The notes under the pieces are model-generated. The model ran no database searches and was not told the origin of the DNA. It saw only the letters and a program-made list of their open reading frames with translations. Shown piece by piece: positions 37,592 to 47,538 of a DNA stretch of 50,029 bases. Both the position numbers and the translations under genes were made by a program. Position 1 is the stretch's first letter, and each line of letters starts with the position of its first letter. This DNA is from a virus (lineage: Duplodnaviria; Caudoviricetes). The stretch lies in IMG/VR virus record IMGVR_UViG_3300037424_001012, positions 1-50,029 of that record; one strand, given 5' to 3'.

Positions 37592-40500
37592 ATGGCTGAT
37601 ATATGGGACAAGTATTCTCTCCCTATTTCTCCGGAAACACAAGGTATACAAGGTCCTTCTCAAAGCCCTGACTTAAGCTACGGCTCAAGCACAGGGCTTG
37701 ACTTTGATAGCCAGTTCGCTTCCTTGTTCAACCCCAACCAGACAGGCACAGGGGAGGTACCCAAATATGCCCCTAGCCGTGGATTCTTTGCGGACATAGG
37801 CTCATCCCTGCTTAGGTCCGTTGTTGGTACTGCCAAGCTTACAGGACATGCCCTGGATCAAGCCAACATCCGCACCGGCCTTGAGGAATGGGCTGAAGAA
37901 GCCAACAAGAAGTACAGTTGGCTTCTCCCTGACAGAGAAGAAGCTTTCGACCTGGACAGTGGTGTGTATAAATCCTTCAAACAGGCAGTAGAATCCGTAT
38001 CCAATACCGCTGTACCCTTAGGAGCTGGACTTGTAGCTGGTACCTACGGAGGGGCTGCTGTAGGCATAGGAGCTGGTCTTGCTGCTCTTGTAGGTCTGTT
38101 CGGTATGGGTACCTACAATGAAACATATCGCGAATCCAAAGATATCATAGGTGAAGAAACTGCAAGAAAACATGCCCTCAATACAGCTTTCTTCGAAGTA
38201 TCTACTGAAGGTCTATCAGATGCAATAGCCGTTGCTTCAGGTGGGCTTCTTTCAGCTCCCGCAAAGGGATTAGCAGCTACAGCGAAAGTAAGCCTCAAGT
38301 CCATCCTCAAGATGGGGCCGAAAGACTTCGCTATAGCAGTGGGATCGAACGTAGCTGGTGAGGTAGGCGGTGAATCCCTTAACGCTTACCTTCAAACCAG
38401 TTCTGCAATCAAGCATGGCTTAGATCCTGGTGTAACTCCAAGCCAAGCTGCTATAGCTGCCGTTGGCCCTGCTCTGTGGTTATCCGGTGGTATTGCTATC
38501 GGCACTCAGAAGATAAGCCGTTCCAGGAAGAAAGCTGTAGTAGGCGCTCTTACTGAACCTGGAGTACCACAAGAAGTAAGATCCAGAGCTGCTGATATAG
38601 TTTTTAATCAACTCCAGAAAGAGGATGTTGATATAGCGAATAACTTCAAGGAGGTATCTGATTATATCATAGCAAAAGACGGCAAGTTCAACATCAACAA
38701 AGACTTCGTAGAGCAAGTACAAAGCCTACTCAGGAAGAAAAAGTCGGAGGAATCTGCTGCTGAACAAGCCCAGGATATAAGATCCTCCGCTACTGGTATT
38801 GTAACTAACGCCCTTACCATGCCTATAAACGATCCTGTAGATATCGAAGATCACTCTACAGAACCAGACCCAATGACCTATTTCCAAGAAGAGCTTGGTA
38901 AGATGTATCTTAACAACCAAGCCCTGTCTGGTATGAGTAAAGCCAAGGATGCATCCATTAAATTAGCAGAGAAGGCAGAGAAGGAGGGGAGACTAGCTGA
39001 TGCTGTAAGCCTGAAAAGCTTTGGCAATAGAGTTGATACCCTAGAAGGTAAAGGGGAAACTAGACCGGACTATGGTATAGAAGAAGTTGCTACACTGAGC
39101 AACACCCCTATAATGCCGAATGTTATGGACTTGACTGCTAAAGAAATCCTGGAGTTAACTAAACCAAAATCAAGGACTGAGATTGCAGTGGAAGGGCTTG
39201 AGGGTTTTGAGCCTGGCTCCTCGGTCATGGATACTCCTCTCCCAGAAGACTTCTTTGGTAGCCCAGTGACACCAGGCCAACCAGATAAACTCATCCTCCC
39301 TAAAACCACTGTTCTCGATATTACAGAGAGCAAAGGTATGGAAGGATTTGAGCCTGGCTCCTCCCTGCTGGATTTGCCGTTCCCTGAGCCTACTTCTTCG
39401 CCTACAGCACAAACAAAGGCTGAAGCTGCCCCTGTAGCCTCAGAGGAGAAAATCGCTTCTCAGAAGCATTTAGAGCCTCAAAAGAAGACACCGGAAATAA
39501 CAGATCAAAACCGGAAGAAACTTAAATCCGTACTGGCTGTTCTTAGACAGAAAGAGGAGGAGCTTGCTGAGAAGAAGGATCTCACCATTCAGGATCTCCA
39601 GGATGTAGCTCAGCTTGAGGATGAAGTAGATTCCTATCTGAACACTACTACTCAATCTCCAGGAGAAGTACACCCTGCTCTTGAAAATTGGGGAAAGGGT
39701 AAGGGCCTTAAGCTCTCTCAAGATCCCGAAAGATTCCAAGCCAGGGATACCAGCTCTGAAGAAGGAGTCGCAGGTGATGTGGTTATCGGTGAGGAAGACA
39801 GCACTACTTACATGGCTGAGCTTTTAAGTGAGGCTTCCGAGAAGTTTGGAAAGAATATCTCTGGTAGACAATTTGATAGGATTACTGCTGTTCTCTCAGA
39901 CAAGAAAGAGTACGCTCCTCCTCAAGAAATGCGCAATGCTTTTAATACTGCTGCAAAGGATATCGACAGCAAGGAAGACTTGAGTGATCGTGAGAAGCAA
40001 GCTGAGAAAGCGTTGACCCTAGCTATTGTCAATGGGGATGTTAATGCCGTAAACGATATTCTTTCGCAGTACAGGGAAGGGCACCATAAAGCTGCTGCCG
40101 TGGAAGCTGCTGTAAGGATTAAGGGAGCCTTGGATAGATCTCCTGACTCTGAGCAGAAAGAGATTGTGCGTAAGAGAGCACTCGGTATTATATCCCACTT
40201 CATTCAGGGTGCTCCACAAGCAAGGAGCCTCCAGGGCGGCATCGTCGATTGGAAGAAAGCTGCTGCCAATATGTACTATGGCAAGCACAAGGATACCGGA
40301 CAGGATTATCTTCTTTTACGGGAAGCTGTTGTTCCTGGTGAAAGAGGAGGCGGCTGGAGAATAAGTATCGCTGCTAAGGGCCTAGATGAGTTAACCAAAC
40401 TTGAGGAGGTAACTGTTGATCAATCCCATGGTGACGAGTCCTTGGGTACCTTTGTTCGGAGGTTTAACTCTTCTGGTGGGCATAACTTGTTCACGAAGAA

Positions 40501-43500
40501 GAAGCTTGATGATGCACCCAAAGGCTCCTATGCAGCTCCCAAAGCTGCCTTTGCATCGAGCTTTGAAGTAAGCAAGAGTGGAGAGTGGTATATCGTACCC
40601 AGATCCGAATCCAGGTGGGGCCTTATCCGTAAGGATGACTTCGAGAACTGGCAATCCTTAAGCAAGCCTGAGCAGAATAAAGCCTGGTACAAAAAGGATG
40701 GCAGGGGTACCTTTGAGAAAAACGATATCGTGAAGATAGCTGCTGGGCTAGAGAGAGCTGAGCAAAAGACCAACCAGCAATACAGAGAAGTGCCAGAGGA
40801 CCTCACAGCAAAATCTCCGACCCTAGAGAAGTTCCGGAAAGACACAAGAGATCTCTATGACGATGATGTAAAGAATAAAGAAGATGCCGAGGAGAGTCCG
40901 GTAGAGGAAGCTGACGAGTCTGCTAGAAAGATCACTAAAGATAGATCCAGGGATCTTGACAAGGCCCAAACTAGAACCAACCGGCAGAGAATCCAGGACC
41001 TAGAGGCTTTCCATAACTCAACCTCTAAGGCATTTATGAGTGGTAACTTTGGAAGGTTGGATCTCCTGAAGAATCGTGTCTTATTCAAGATATATGGGTA
41101 CAAGAATCCAAGCAGAGCACCAAAGGATCTCGTATTCGATGTAGATAAGTTCGTCGTAGCTTCCGCTGGATCTTCATACCAGAAAATCGCTTCTCAGAAG
41201 CAACCTATCGATACCGAAATAAAGCGTATCGAGGATATGCAGAATAGAGTCAAGTATACCTACCAAAGGAGTTTGAAACCGGAAGAGAGGAATCAAATCA
41301 GAAAGCTCCCTTCCCTCCGAAAGCAGAGTGAGAAGTACCAAAGCAATCTGGATAACCTGGCCAGGAAAAGTCTACGCTTACTCAACACCGATAACCTTGA
41401 TGTAGCCCATGGTATGCTTGGTACTATCAACTTCAAAGGGCTGAAGATCCTTGACCTGAAGACGGATATTACTGCTCAGCCTACTGCCAAGGCTCAGAGG
41501 GCTGAACAGAAGGCCGGGAAAGCTGTAGTCAATGACCTTAAGGGCATACTTCCTCCCTCCCCTGCTCAGAAAGAGAAACGTCCTATTCCGGGCAAAGTCC
41601 CTTACTCTATCGCCAGAGAGGCTAAAAAAGAAGTAGTCAATATAATAGGGCCTCTGTACAGGTTTGAAGGACAGAGCTTCTACAGAACAGACGATGGGCA
41701 TGTTATCAACAAAGTAGGTAATAGATGGTTTGTAACTGATAGGGCTGGTGTTGTCCTGGAGCCAGGTTTCCCAAGCCTGGTAGCTATTAATAAAAGCGGC
41801 ATCCTTAATAAGCCGCAGGTCCGAGAACCAAGCAAGGTAGTAGAGGAGTTTTCTAAGACAGACAAGTATGAGAAAGCTGTATCGGATTACTGGGATTGGC
41901 AAAGCTCCCAGGAGATCCGAAAGAAAAAACCACAGGAACTCTCTAAGGAAAAACCAAGGGAGTTCAATAACGGCTGGAGAGAAGTTACACCCAAAAGCAA
42001 TATAGTTTTGTCTGCGAATGGGAAGTTGATAGCTGGTTATGTGCCTCCCCCCAAGAAGGATATGCGCTTTGTTTCCGGATACTGGGGTGTATGGGAGACT
42101 ACTTTAGCCGGTACCAAAAAAGAAGGAGATCCACTAGTAAGGTTCCATAGTGCAGTCGAGCTTATGGAGGAGTTAGACGGATCGAAAGCAGATCCCAAAA
42201 AACTCAAGAGGAAATCCAAGATAAAGAAATCCAGCTCTGAGGAGGATATAGTAGATACAGGCAACACGGTATCCGAAGTAGAGGATGCTTTAGTCCGTGG
42301 CCTTGGCCAGGAAGTTGTAGACCGATGGGCCAAAATCGGAGTCCTTGAGATAGTGCCCGACATAGAGTCTGCTTCTGGTTTCGGAGAAGTAATTACTTCC
42401 GAGGATGGAACAACAGTGGGCTTCTATAACCCGGATAACGGGTATATAACCCTAATCGCTAACAGGATATTGAAGGGGCAAGAGCTTAATATATTCTTTC
42501 ATGAGGGGCTGCACCATATAATGGACAATGACCCCTTCTACCAAAAAAATAAAGCTCAGGTGCTTGAGAGCTTTTCGCTTCTCAGAAGCGAAAGCGATAG
42601 CATCCGCAAAGCTTACGATATAGCTAAAAAGTTTAACCCTGATTTAGAGGGGTATCTACTTGACGAGGAGGCTTATGCCCACTTCATACAGGATTCTACC
42701 AATAGGGATCTCCCTTGGTATAGGAATACCATAGCTGCTGTAAAGAGATTTCTTATGAAGATGAAAGTTCCCTCAAACAAGTTGGGCCTCACTGAACAGG
42801 ACTTTGCTGCTATGGCTATAGCTCGTATCAAGAAAGCCAGGGTATCTCAAATGAGTCAAACGAGGACTGCTGGACCTATTAAAAAATCCTCTTGGTATAA
42901 ACCCAAGGGGCTTGTTAAAGGGATCAAGACATATGAAGACTTATTATTGCACACGGCTACAAGAGAGGATGCTCGAAGGAAAGGCACGAAGAGAATCATT
43001 AACGAGGAAACTACCCCAAAAAATTCAGAAGGAAAGTTCCGCTCTGAGCAAATCTATGAAGACGGTAAAAAAGGGGCATGGGAGCACTGGATCTGGAACA
43101 GCAAGGAAGACCAGTACGACAAAAACCTGATTAGCGAGGAGGAGTACAATCTCCTCAGAAGACAATTCCGCATAGAGAGAAGAGAGAATGACGTACAGTA
43201 CATGCAAGAGGAGGAGGATCTTAGGGGAGCTGTCATAGAGAAAGCTACCAATACAATCAAGTCGGCTGGAGAAGCCGGTAAGTACCTGCTGAAATCCATC
43301 TCTAATTCAGTGGAGGAGATATCCAAGGATGCTTTTTCAAGGCTACGCCATTTCGAGTGGGATCTTCACCGCAGACAGAAGGATTACTCCAACCGGATAA
43401 TGTCGTTCTACAAGGCTTACAGGGATATACCACCAGAGGAAGCCTTTATTCTGGACCAAGCTCTGAGGAATGGAGATACGGAAACCAGGGACGAGATCTT

Positions 43501-45439
43501 GGAAGAGAATGGATTTATGGAAGAGTTCCTTGAATGGGAGAAGGTGAGAGAAGAGATAGAAGCTGACGCTATTAAGTTCGGCCTCATAAGCAAGCTGGTA
43601 AAGAACCACTTCCCAAGGTCCGTAAAGATGGGCCAGGTGGATAACTATATGAAGGCTCTTGAGAAGGAGGATGCAGACGAATTTACCGCGATAGGAAACG
43701 AGATCCGGAAAGCGGAAGAAGCTGCTACCAGGTCCAACAAAACTTTAACCAAAGAGGATAAGAGGCTGCTCGTTACCAAGCTTCTGAACTCAGGGCATTT
43801 CAATTACATGCCAAAGCCTGGCTTTGTTAAGGACAGATCCATTACGTATGTAAAGCCCGAACATGCTCAGTATTACATGAACAGTGCTGATACCATGAGG
43901 AGTTATATCTTCGATATGGTCAATGCTATCGAGACTCGCAGATTTTTGGGTAACTCAGGTAGAAGAAGAGTCAGTATGATGAAAGACCTGGAGAAGATAT
44001 CCAAGTACATAGAAGAGCTTACAGAGCTTAAGGACAGGCCGGAAACCTCGCCTGAAGATAAGGCTAGAGCTGAAGCGGATCTTATCGAGAAGGCTCGTAA
44101 GTATGATAATATCCAAAGCAAGCTCATCGATTTAAACTCAGATTTGGAAGAGTCCGTATCAGAGTTTGTTCTTACTGAAGTAACCGTAAACAATAACGAT
44201 AGAGCAAAGGAGCTTGTGGATCTGATTAGAGCCAGGCTTACGCAGAGGGGAACAAGCGGGGTATGGGGCACCATGAGGGACATTGCTTATGCTTTCACCC
44301 TTGGAACACCACTATCAGCTATAACTCAGCTTGGTGATCTGGCTCTTAGTGCTTACTCCAACGGCGTAGGGAGAACTTTCGTTGCCATGATTGAGTCCGT
44401 ACCTTCTCTTCTGTCGAAGGAGAATGCTATAACCCAGGAGTACTTTGACTTCTCTCATTCGATGACTGACTTCTCTAATAACGCCAGTGCTGCGGTACTC
44501 GATAAGCTCCTTGTTGCATCTGGCCTGAAGAAGATGGATCTATTTGGCAAGGAAGTGTTTATGAGAGCTTCTTTGAGAAAAGCGAAATCCATGAGTAAAG
44601 ATGCTTTTGTGAAGGAATGGGCACCTATGTTTATGGGAGATGCTAAGAGAGCTGAAGCAGCTCATAAGGATATAAAAGCAGGGACTATGAGCGGTGATGC
44701 TCTGTTTATCCTATTCAACGGTCTGTCCCAGTGGCAACCAATCTCTTTATCCGAGTTACCACCAGGATATAACCAAGCTGGAAACCTCCGTATAGCTTAC
44801 ATGCTTAAGAGTTTCCACATAAAGGCTCTCAACAACATGGTTAGAGAGCTGTCTCAAGAATGGAGTAACAGCAAGATCAATGCAGTAAAGAAGTTTGCAT
44901 ATTTGGTAACTCTAATTTCCCTGGCCGGGGCTGGCACAGACGAGATCAAGGATTGGATACAAGGTAAAGAAGTTCCATTCAGCGATAATTTCTACGATAA
45001 CTTAACGCAGATCTTCTTGATGAATCGCTTTACCTTGGAGAAAGGGATACACCAGGGCCGGTTCATATCCGGATTGGTAGAGGCTCAGCTTCCTCCTTTT
45101 AGGTACCTGGACCATTTCTTTGACGATGTAGGCAAGGCAGCTTTCGACAGAGAGAACTATAAAGCCAAGCTATGGCAGGATATACCTTTGATCGGGAGGA
45201 TCACTTACTCTCATTCTAAATATGGAAGAGAGACTTACCTGGCTAACTTGAAGAAGGATATCTACTCAGATATAAGAGATAATGCCAAGAAGGGGTTAAC
45301 CCTGTATACCAAGGATCTGAGGGGAAAGATAGAGGAGTACAACAGTACAGCAAGTGAACTGAAAGAAGAGAAGCTTAAGTATAAGCAGTTAAGTAACATA
45401 AGAAAGAAAGCTCTGAAGGATCTTAGGGATAGCAAATAG
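37592..45439 (+). CDS. giant internal virion/ejection protein (polyvalent-type) with a zincin-like motif
   Basis: 2615 aa; hydrophobic N-terminal helices; FFHEGLHH...DEEAYA near 42500; last gene of the late arm. Confidence 0.7.
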   Translation: MADIWDKYSLPISPETQGIQGPSQSPDLSYGSSTGLDFDSQFASLFNPNQTGTGEVPKYAPSRGFFADIGSSLLRSVVGTAKLTGHALDQANIRTGLEEWAEEANKKYSWLLPDREEAFDLDSGVYKSFKQAVESVSNTAVPLGAGLVAGTYGGAAVGIGAGLAALVGLFGMGTYNETYRESKDIIGEETARKHALNTAFFEVSTEGLSDAIAVASGGLLSAPAKGLAATAKVSLKSILKMGPKDFAIAVGSNVAGEVGGESLNAYLQTSSAIKHGLDPGVTPSQAAIAAVGPALWLSGGIAIGTQKISRSRKKAVVGALTEPGVPQEVRSRAADIVFNQLQKEDVDIANNFKEVSDYIIAKDGKFNINKDFVEQVQSLLRKKKSEESAAEQAQDIRSSATGIVTNALTMPINDPVDIEDHSTEPDPMTYFQEELGKMYLNNQALSGMSKAKDASIKLAEKAEKEGRLADAVSLKSFGNRVDTLEGKGETRPDYGIEEVATLSNTPIMPNVMDLTAKEILELTKPKSRTEIAVEGLEGFEPGSSVMDTPLPEDFFGSPVTPGQPDKLILPKTTVLDITESKGMEGFEPGSSLLDLPFPEPTSSPTAQTKAEAAPVASEEKIASQKHLEPQKKTPEITDQNRKKLKSVLAVLRQKEEELAEKKDLTIQDLQDVAQLEDEVDSYLNTTTQSPGEVHPALENWGKGKGLKLSQDPERFQARDTSSEEGVAGDVVIGEEDSTTYMAELLSEASEKFGKNISGRQFDRITAVLSDKKEYAPPQEMRNAFNTAAKDIDSKEDLSDREKQAEKALTLAIVNGDVNAVNDILSQYREGHHKAAAVEAAVRIKGALDRSPDSEQKEIVRKRALGIISHFIQGAPQARSLQGGIVDWKKAAANMYYGKHKDTGQDYLLLREAVVPGERGGGWRISIAAKGLDELTKLEEVTVDQSHGDESLGTFVRRFNSSGGHNLFTKKKLDDAPKGSYAAPKAAFASSFEVSKSGEWYIVPRSESRWGLIRKDDFENWQSLSKPEQNKAWYKKDGRGTFEKNDIVKIAAGLERAEQKTNQQYREVPEDLTAKSPTLEKFRKDTRDLYDDDVKNKEDAEESPVEEADESARKITKDRSRDLDKAQTRTNRQRIQDLEAFHNSTSKAFMSGNFGRLDLLKNRVLFKIYGYKNPSRAPKDLVFDVDKFVVASAGSSYQKIASQKQPIDTEIKRIEDMQNRVKYTYQRSLKPEERNQIRKLPSLRKQSEKYQSNLDNLARKSLRLLNTDNLDVAHGMLGTINFKGLKILDLKTDITAQPTAKAQRAEQKAGKAVVNDLKGILPPSPAQKEKRPIPGKVPYSIAREAKKEVVNIIGPLYRFEGQSFYRTDDGHVINKVGNRWFVTDRAGVVLEPGFPSLVAINKSGILNKPQVREPSKVVEEFSKTDKYEKAVSDYWDWQSSQEIRKKKPQELSKEKPREFNNGWREVTPKSNIVLSANGKLIAGYVPPPKKDMRFVSGYWGVWETTLAGTKKEGDPLVRFHSAVELMEELDGSKADPKKLKRKSKIKKSSSEEDIVDTGNTVSEVEDALVRGLGQEVVDRWAKIGVLEIVPDIESASGFGEVITSEDGTTVGFYNPDNGYITLIANRILKGQELNIFFHEGLHHIMDNDPFYQKNKAQVLESFSLLRSESDSIRKAYDIAKKFNPDLEGYLLDEEAYAHFIQDSTNRDLPWYRNTIAAVKRFLMKMKVPSNKLGLTEQDFAAMAIARIKKARVSQMSQTRTAGPIKKSSWYKPKGLVKGIKTYEDLLLHTATREDARRKGTKRIINEETTPKNSEGKFRSEQIYEDGKKGAWEHWIWNSKEDQYDKNLISEEEYNLLRRQFRIERRENDVQYMQEEEDLRGAVIEKATNTIKSAGEAGKYLLKSISNSVEEISKDAFSRLRHFEWDLHRRQKDYSNRIMSFYKAYRDIPPEEAFILDQALRNGDTETRDEILEENGFMEEFLEWEKVREEIEADAIKFGLISKLVKNHFPRSVKMGQVDNYMKALEKEDADEFTAIGNEIRKAEEAATRSNKTLTKEDKRLLVTKLLNSGHFNYMPKPGFVKDRSITYVKPEHAQYYMNSADTMRSYIFDMVNAIETRRFLGNSGRRRVSMMKDLEKISKYIEELTELKDRPETSPEDKARAEADLIEKARKYDNIQSKLIDLNSDLEESVSEFVLTEVTVNNNDRAKELVDLIRARLTQRGTSGVWGTMRDIAYAFTLGTPLSAITQLGDLALSAYSNGVGRTFVAMIESVPSLLSKENAITQEYFDFSHSMTDFSNNASAAVLDKLLVASGLKKMDLFGKEVFMRASLRKAKSMSKDAFVKEWAPMFMGDAKRAEAAHKDIKAGTMSGDALFILFNGLSQWQPISLSELPPGYNQAGNLRIAYMLKSFHIKALNNMVRELSQEWSNSKINAVKKFAYLVTLISLAGAGTDEIKDWIQGKEVPFSDNFYDNLTQIFLMNRFTLEKGIHQGRFISGLVEAQLPPFRYLDHFFDDVGKAAFDRENYKAKLWQDIPLIGRITYSHSKYGRETYLANLKKDIYSDIRDNAKKGLTLYTKDLRGKIEEYNSTASELKEEKLKYKQLSNIRKKALKDLRDSK

Positions 45440-45441
45440 GC

Positions 45442-45491
45442 AAAAGAAAAGGGTTAAGCTGAATAAATAAGCTTAACCCTTTTCTTTTTTT
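45442..45491. terminator. bidirectional rho-independent terminator between the convergent arms
   Basis: 19-bp inverted arms AAAAGAAAAGGGTTAAGCT / AGCTTAACCCTTTTCTTTT. Confidence 0.9.
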
Positions 45492-45517
45492 CGTTCCATT
45501 TCGCTTCTCAGAAGTGA

Positions 45518-45841
45518 TTATCGATCTAGATAATCATCTTCATATTCATTACCTATCCTACATATTTCATGGCCAAAGCCCAGGACACAGTAGCCTTCCT
45601 GCAAGCCAGGCTTGTCTTGGATATACTTTATCTTGGCCATGATTTTTCTTCCTGTATATACCAACGGTCTATGCTCCTTCTCCATCTCTTCACCGGAAAA
45701 CTCAATCTCATGAAGACGCAGAATATCCTTGACTCTGAAATTTCTGTCATTTTTTCTCACTTCAAAATTCTTCACACCATCCCAAACTGCTTTGAATAAA
45801 TCACTATCGCATTTTAAAATATGCATCATACTACCCTCCAT
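45518..45841 (-). CDS. ASCH/PUA-like (DUF3850-type) protein
   Basis: HILK...FKAVWDGVKNFEVRKNDRNFRVKD...YTGR signature. Confidence 0.82.
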   Translation of the reverse strand: MEGSMMHILKCDSDLFKAVWDGVKNFEVRKNDRNFRVKDILRLHEIEFSGEEMEKEHRPLVYTGRKIMAKIKYIQDKPGLQEGYCVLGFGHEICRIGNEYEDDYLDR

Positions 45842-46275
45842 TCATGATTTGGATCTGGCACAAAGCACATAGCTGGTCTGTGTATGGCACCAGATGTCTT
45901 AATCTCGTCTTCAAAATACAGCACTAACCAACCTCCATAGACCCTTGCTCTTGCTACTCTCTGGTTGTTTGTAGTTTCGAAAGCTATAGGTATCAGCTTC
46001 CTCGCTAACTCTTTCCTTTCTTCTCCCTTCTCCCTCTCCTCTTCGTTGAAGTACACCTCAAGGGATTTCTCCATTCCGTCTACCTGAGCAACAGCCTTAA
46101 GTAATTGGGTGGCTAATTCCCTGGCTTGCTTAGCTGAAAGATCAATACTGCCTTGACTCACAGTTCCATGGTTGTATCTATCAGTCTCTTGTAGGCCTTC
46201 ATGGCATAGCGTTTTCGTACCGTCTAACTCAATTATTATATCGGGGCCTTGGCCCCAGGTGCAATCTACCTTCAT
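45826..46275 (-). CDS. hypothetical protein
   Basis: 149-aa ORF overlapping both neighbours. Confidence 0.65.
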   Translation of the reverse strand: MKVDCTWGQGPDIIIELDGTKTLCHEGLQETDRYNHGTVSQGSIDLSAKQARELATQLLKAVAQVDGMEKSLEVYFNEEEREKGEERKELARKLIPIAFETTNNQRVARARVYGGWLVLYFEDEIKTSGAIHRPAMCFVPDPNHEWRVV

Positions 46276-46736
46276 TTCGCAGTCCTCCTCGCGTTATCCT
46301 CTATGTACATAATGGTTCTCAGAAGCAATTTCTTCATACTATCTGAGTAACCGAATCTTTTCTGGTTGAAGTCAAGGCTCTTAAGTATGTTGCCGAACCT
46401 ATGCCTTTCGGTAGACGCTTTCCAATCCACTATCATCTCCAGCAGATCAAAGAGATTCATCCCATCCATGCCTTCCTTGAAGTGCTCTGGGTGGTGTCTG
46501 TTATTAAGATAGTGGTGTTCTATAGCAGATATTATCTTGTGGTGGTTCTCTCTGTATTCATGGGAACCATAACTGATATTGTCAAGCTTTGAAGCAGTTT
46601 CGAATACTTCTGCTTCGGGAGATTGGAGCTTTGTTTTATCGTGGCACTCAGCTCTTTCTACTAAGATATCAACACATACACTTATGTAGGATTTTACAGC
46701 TTCTATGTGTTGCATCGTATCGAGTCTGCCTTCCAT
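46272..46736 (-). CDS. HD-like (DUF5662-type) protein
   Basis: HDKTK...HHYLNNRHHPEH...EMIVDW. Confidence 0.78.
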   Translation of the reverse strand: MEGRLDTMQHIEAVKSYISVCVDILVERAECHDKTKLQSPEAEVFETASKLDNISYGSHEYRENHHKIISAIEHHYLNNRHHPEHFKEGMDGMNLFDLLEMIVDWKASTERHRFGNILKSLDFNQKRFGYSDSMKKLLLRTIMYIEDNARRTAK

Positions 46737-46773
46737 GCAGCACCCCCTTTTTTTTACTTTGTTACTTTTGCTC

Positions 46774-47103
46774 TTAATCAGGTTCCAGCATTACGAATCT
46801 TTTTCTAAAGGTTAATGATATGATACCCCTCTCTTCACTCAAAGTGTGCTGCATAGGGAAGAAGTCTATGGCTACTTTGTCTCCAGATACCACCATTTCG
46901 TGCACACCGTCTTTCTTTCTCGCATAGACCACGCTTACAGGACCCTTCAGCTTCGCCATTAAATTGTACTTCAACTCAAGTATTCGCTCTGTGCATTCTC
47001 GCTTAACCGCTGCCATTGCCAGCTTTCCACCATCACGAACCAATCCTTCAGCTTCAATACTACTTAGGAGTCTTTTGTACTCAAACGTCCTTTCTTTTTC
47101 CAC
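46774..47103 (-). CDS. hypothetical protein
   Basis: GTG start with AGGAGG RBS. Confidence 0.65.
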   Translation of the reverse strand: MEKERTFEYKRLLSSIEAEGLVRDGGKLAMAAVKRECTERILELKYNLMAKLKGPVSVVYARKKDGVHEMVVSGDKVAIDFFPMQHTLSEERGIISLTFRKRFVMLEPD

Positions 47104-47139
47104 AGCTACCTCCTGCTGATAATATAATCAAATTATTGG

Positions 47140-47168
47140 TTGACACAATAAGGGTGAATATTTATACT
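47140..47168 (+). promoter_or_regulatory. sigma70-type promoter oriented against the surrounding genes
   Basis: TTGACA-17 nt-TATACT with AT-rich upstream sequence. Confidence 0.8.
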
Positions 47169-47174
47169 GTACCT

Positions 47175-47245
47175 ATCCTTCGTTGTTGCCCATGTCCTAC
47201 CTCACCGAGAAGCAGGGGGAGTTTCGGCTCCCTCTGCTTTTTCTT
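47175..47245 (+). ncRNA. candidate small RNA (about 70 nt)
   Basis: Lies between the promoter and a UUCG-loop terminator; no meaningful ORF on this strand. Confidence 0.6.
47211..47245 (+). terminator. rho-independent terminator
   Basis: AGCAGGGGGAGT-TTCG-GCTCCCTCTGCT followed by TTTCTTT. Confidence 0.8.
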
Positions 47246-47251
47246 TACACG

Positions 47252-47530
47252 TTACCCCCCTTTAGTTGTAATCCTCAGCTTCTTTGTCTCTGAGTCGCCC
47301 CACCACTTTTTAGGTGTAACTGAGAACACTAATAGAAATAAAGCTACCAAGAAAAACAGCATAGCTACCAGGACATCAAGCACATAATATACTCCGAGAG
47401 CTGGATCGAGTAGACTATCAAGGTAAAACAAGATTTTCCTGGTTATAATAAAAGACGCAAACATCATTACAAACCCCATAACTAAACTGCATAATCTACT
47501 CAGTATATCGAATACTATAGGGTGCCTCAT
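47252..47530 (-). CDS. small two-TM membrane protein
   Basis: Two hydrophobic helices; GGAGG RBS. Confidence 0.7.
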   Translation of the reverse strand: MRHPIVFDILSRLCSLVMGFVMMFASFIITRKILFYLDSLLDPALGVYYVLDVLVAMLFFLVALFLLVFSVTPKKWWGDSETKKLRITTKGG

Positions 47531-47538
47531 ACAACCTC

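Noticed and set aside
1888-43165. Weak partial motif matches near 1888, 15284, 23750, 26350, 34125, 35383 and 43150
   Set aside because: Core mismatches and poor flanks; not distinguishable from chance without a PWM, so not counted.
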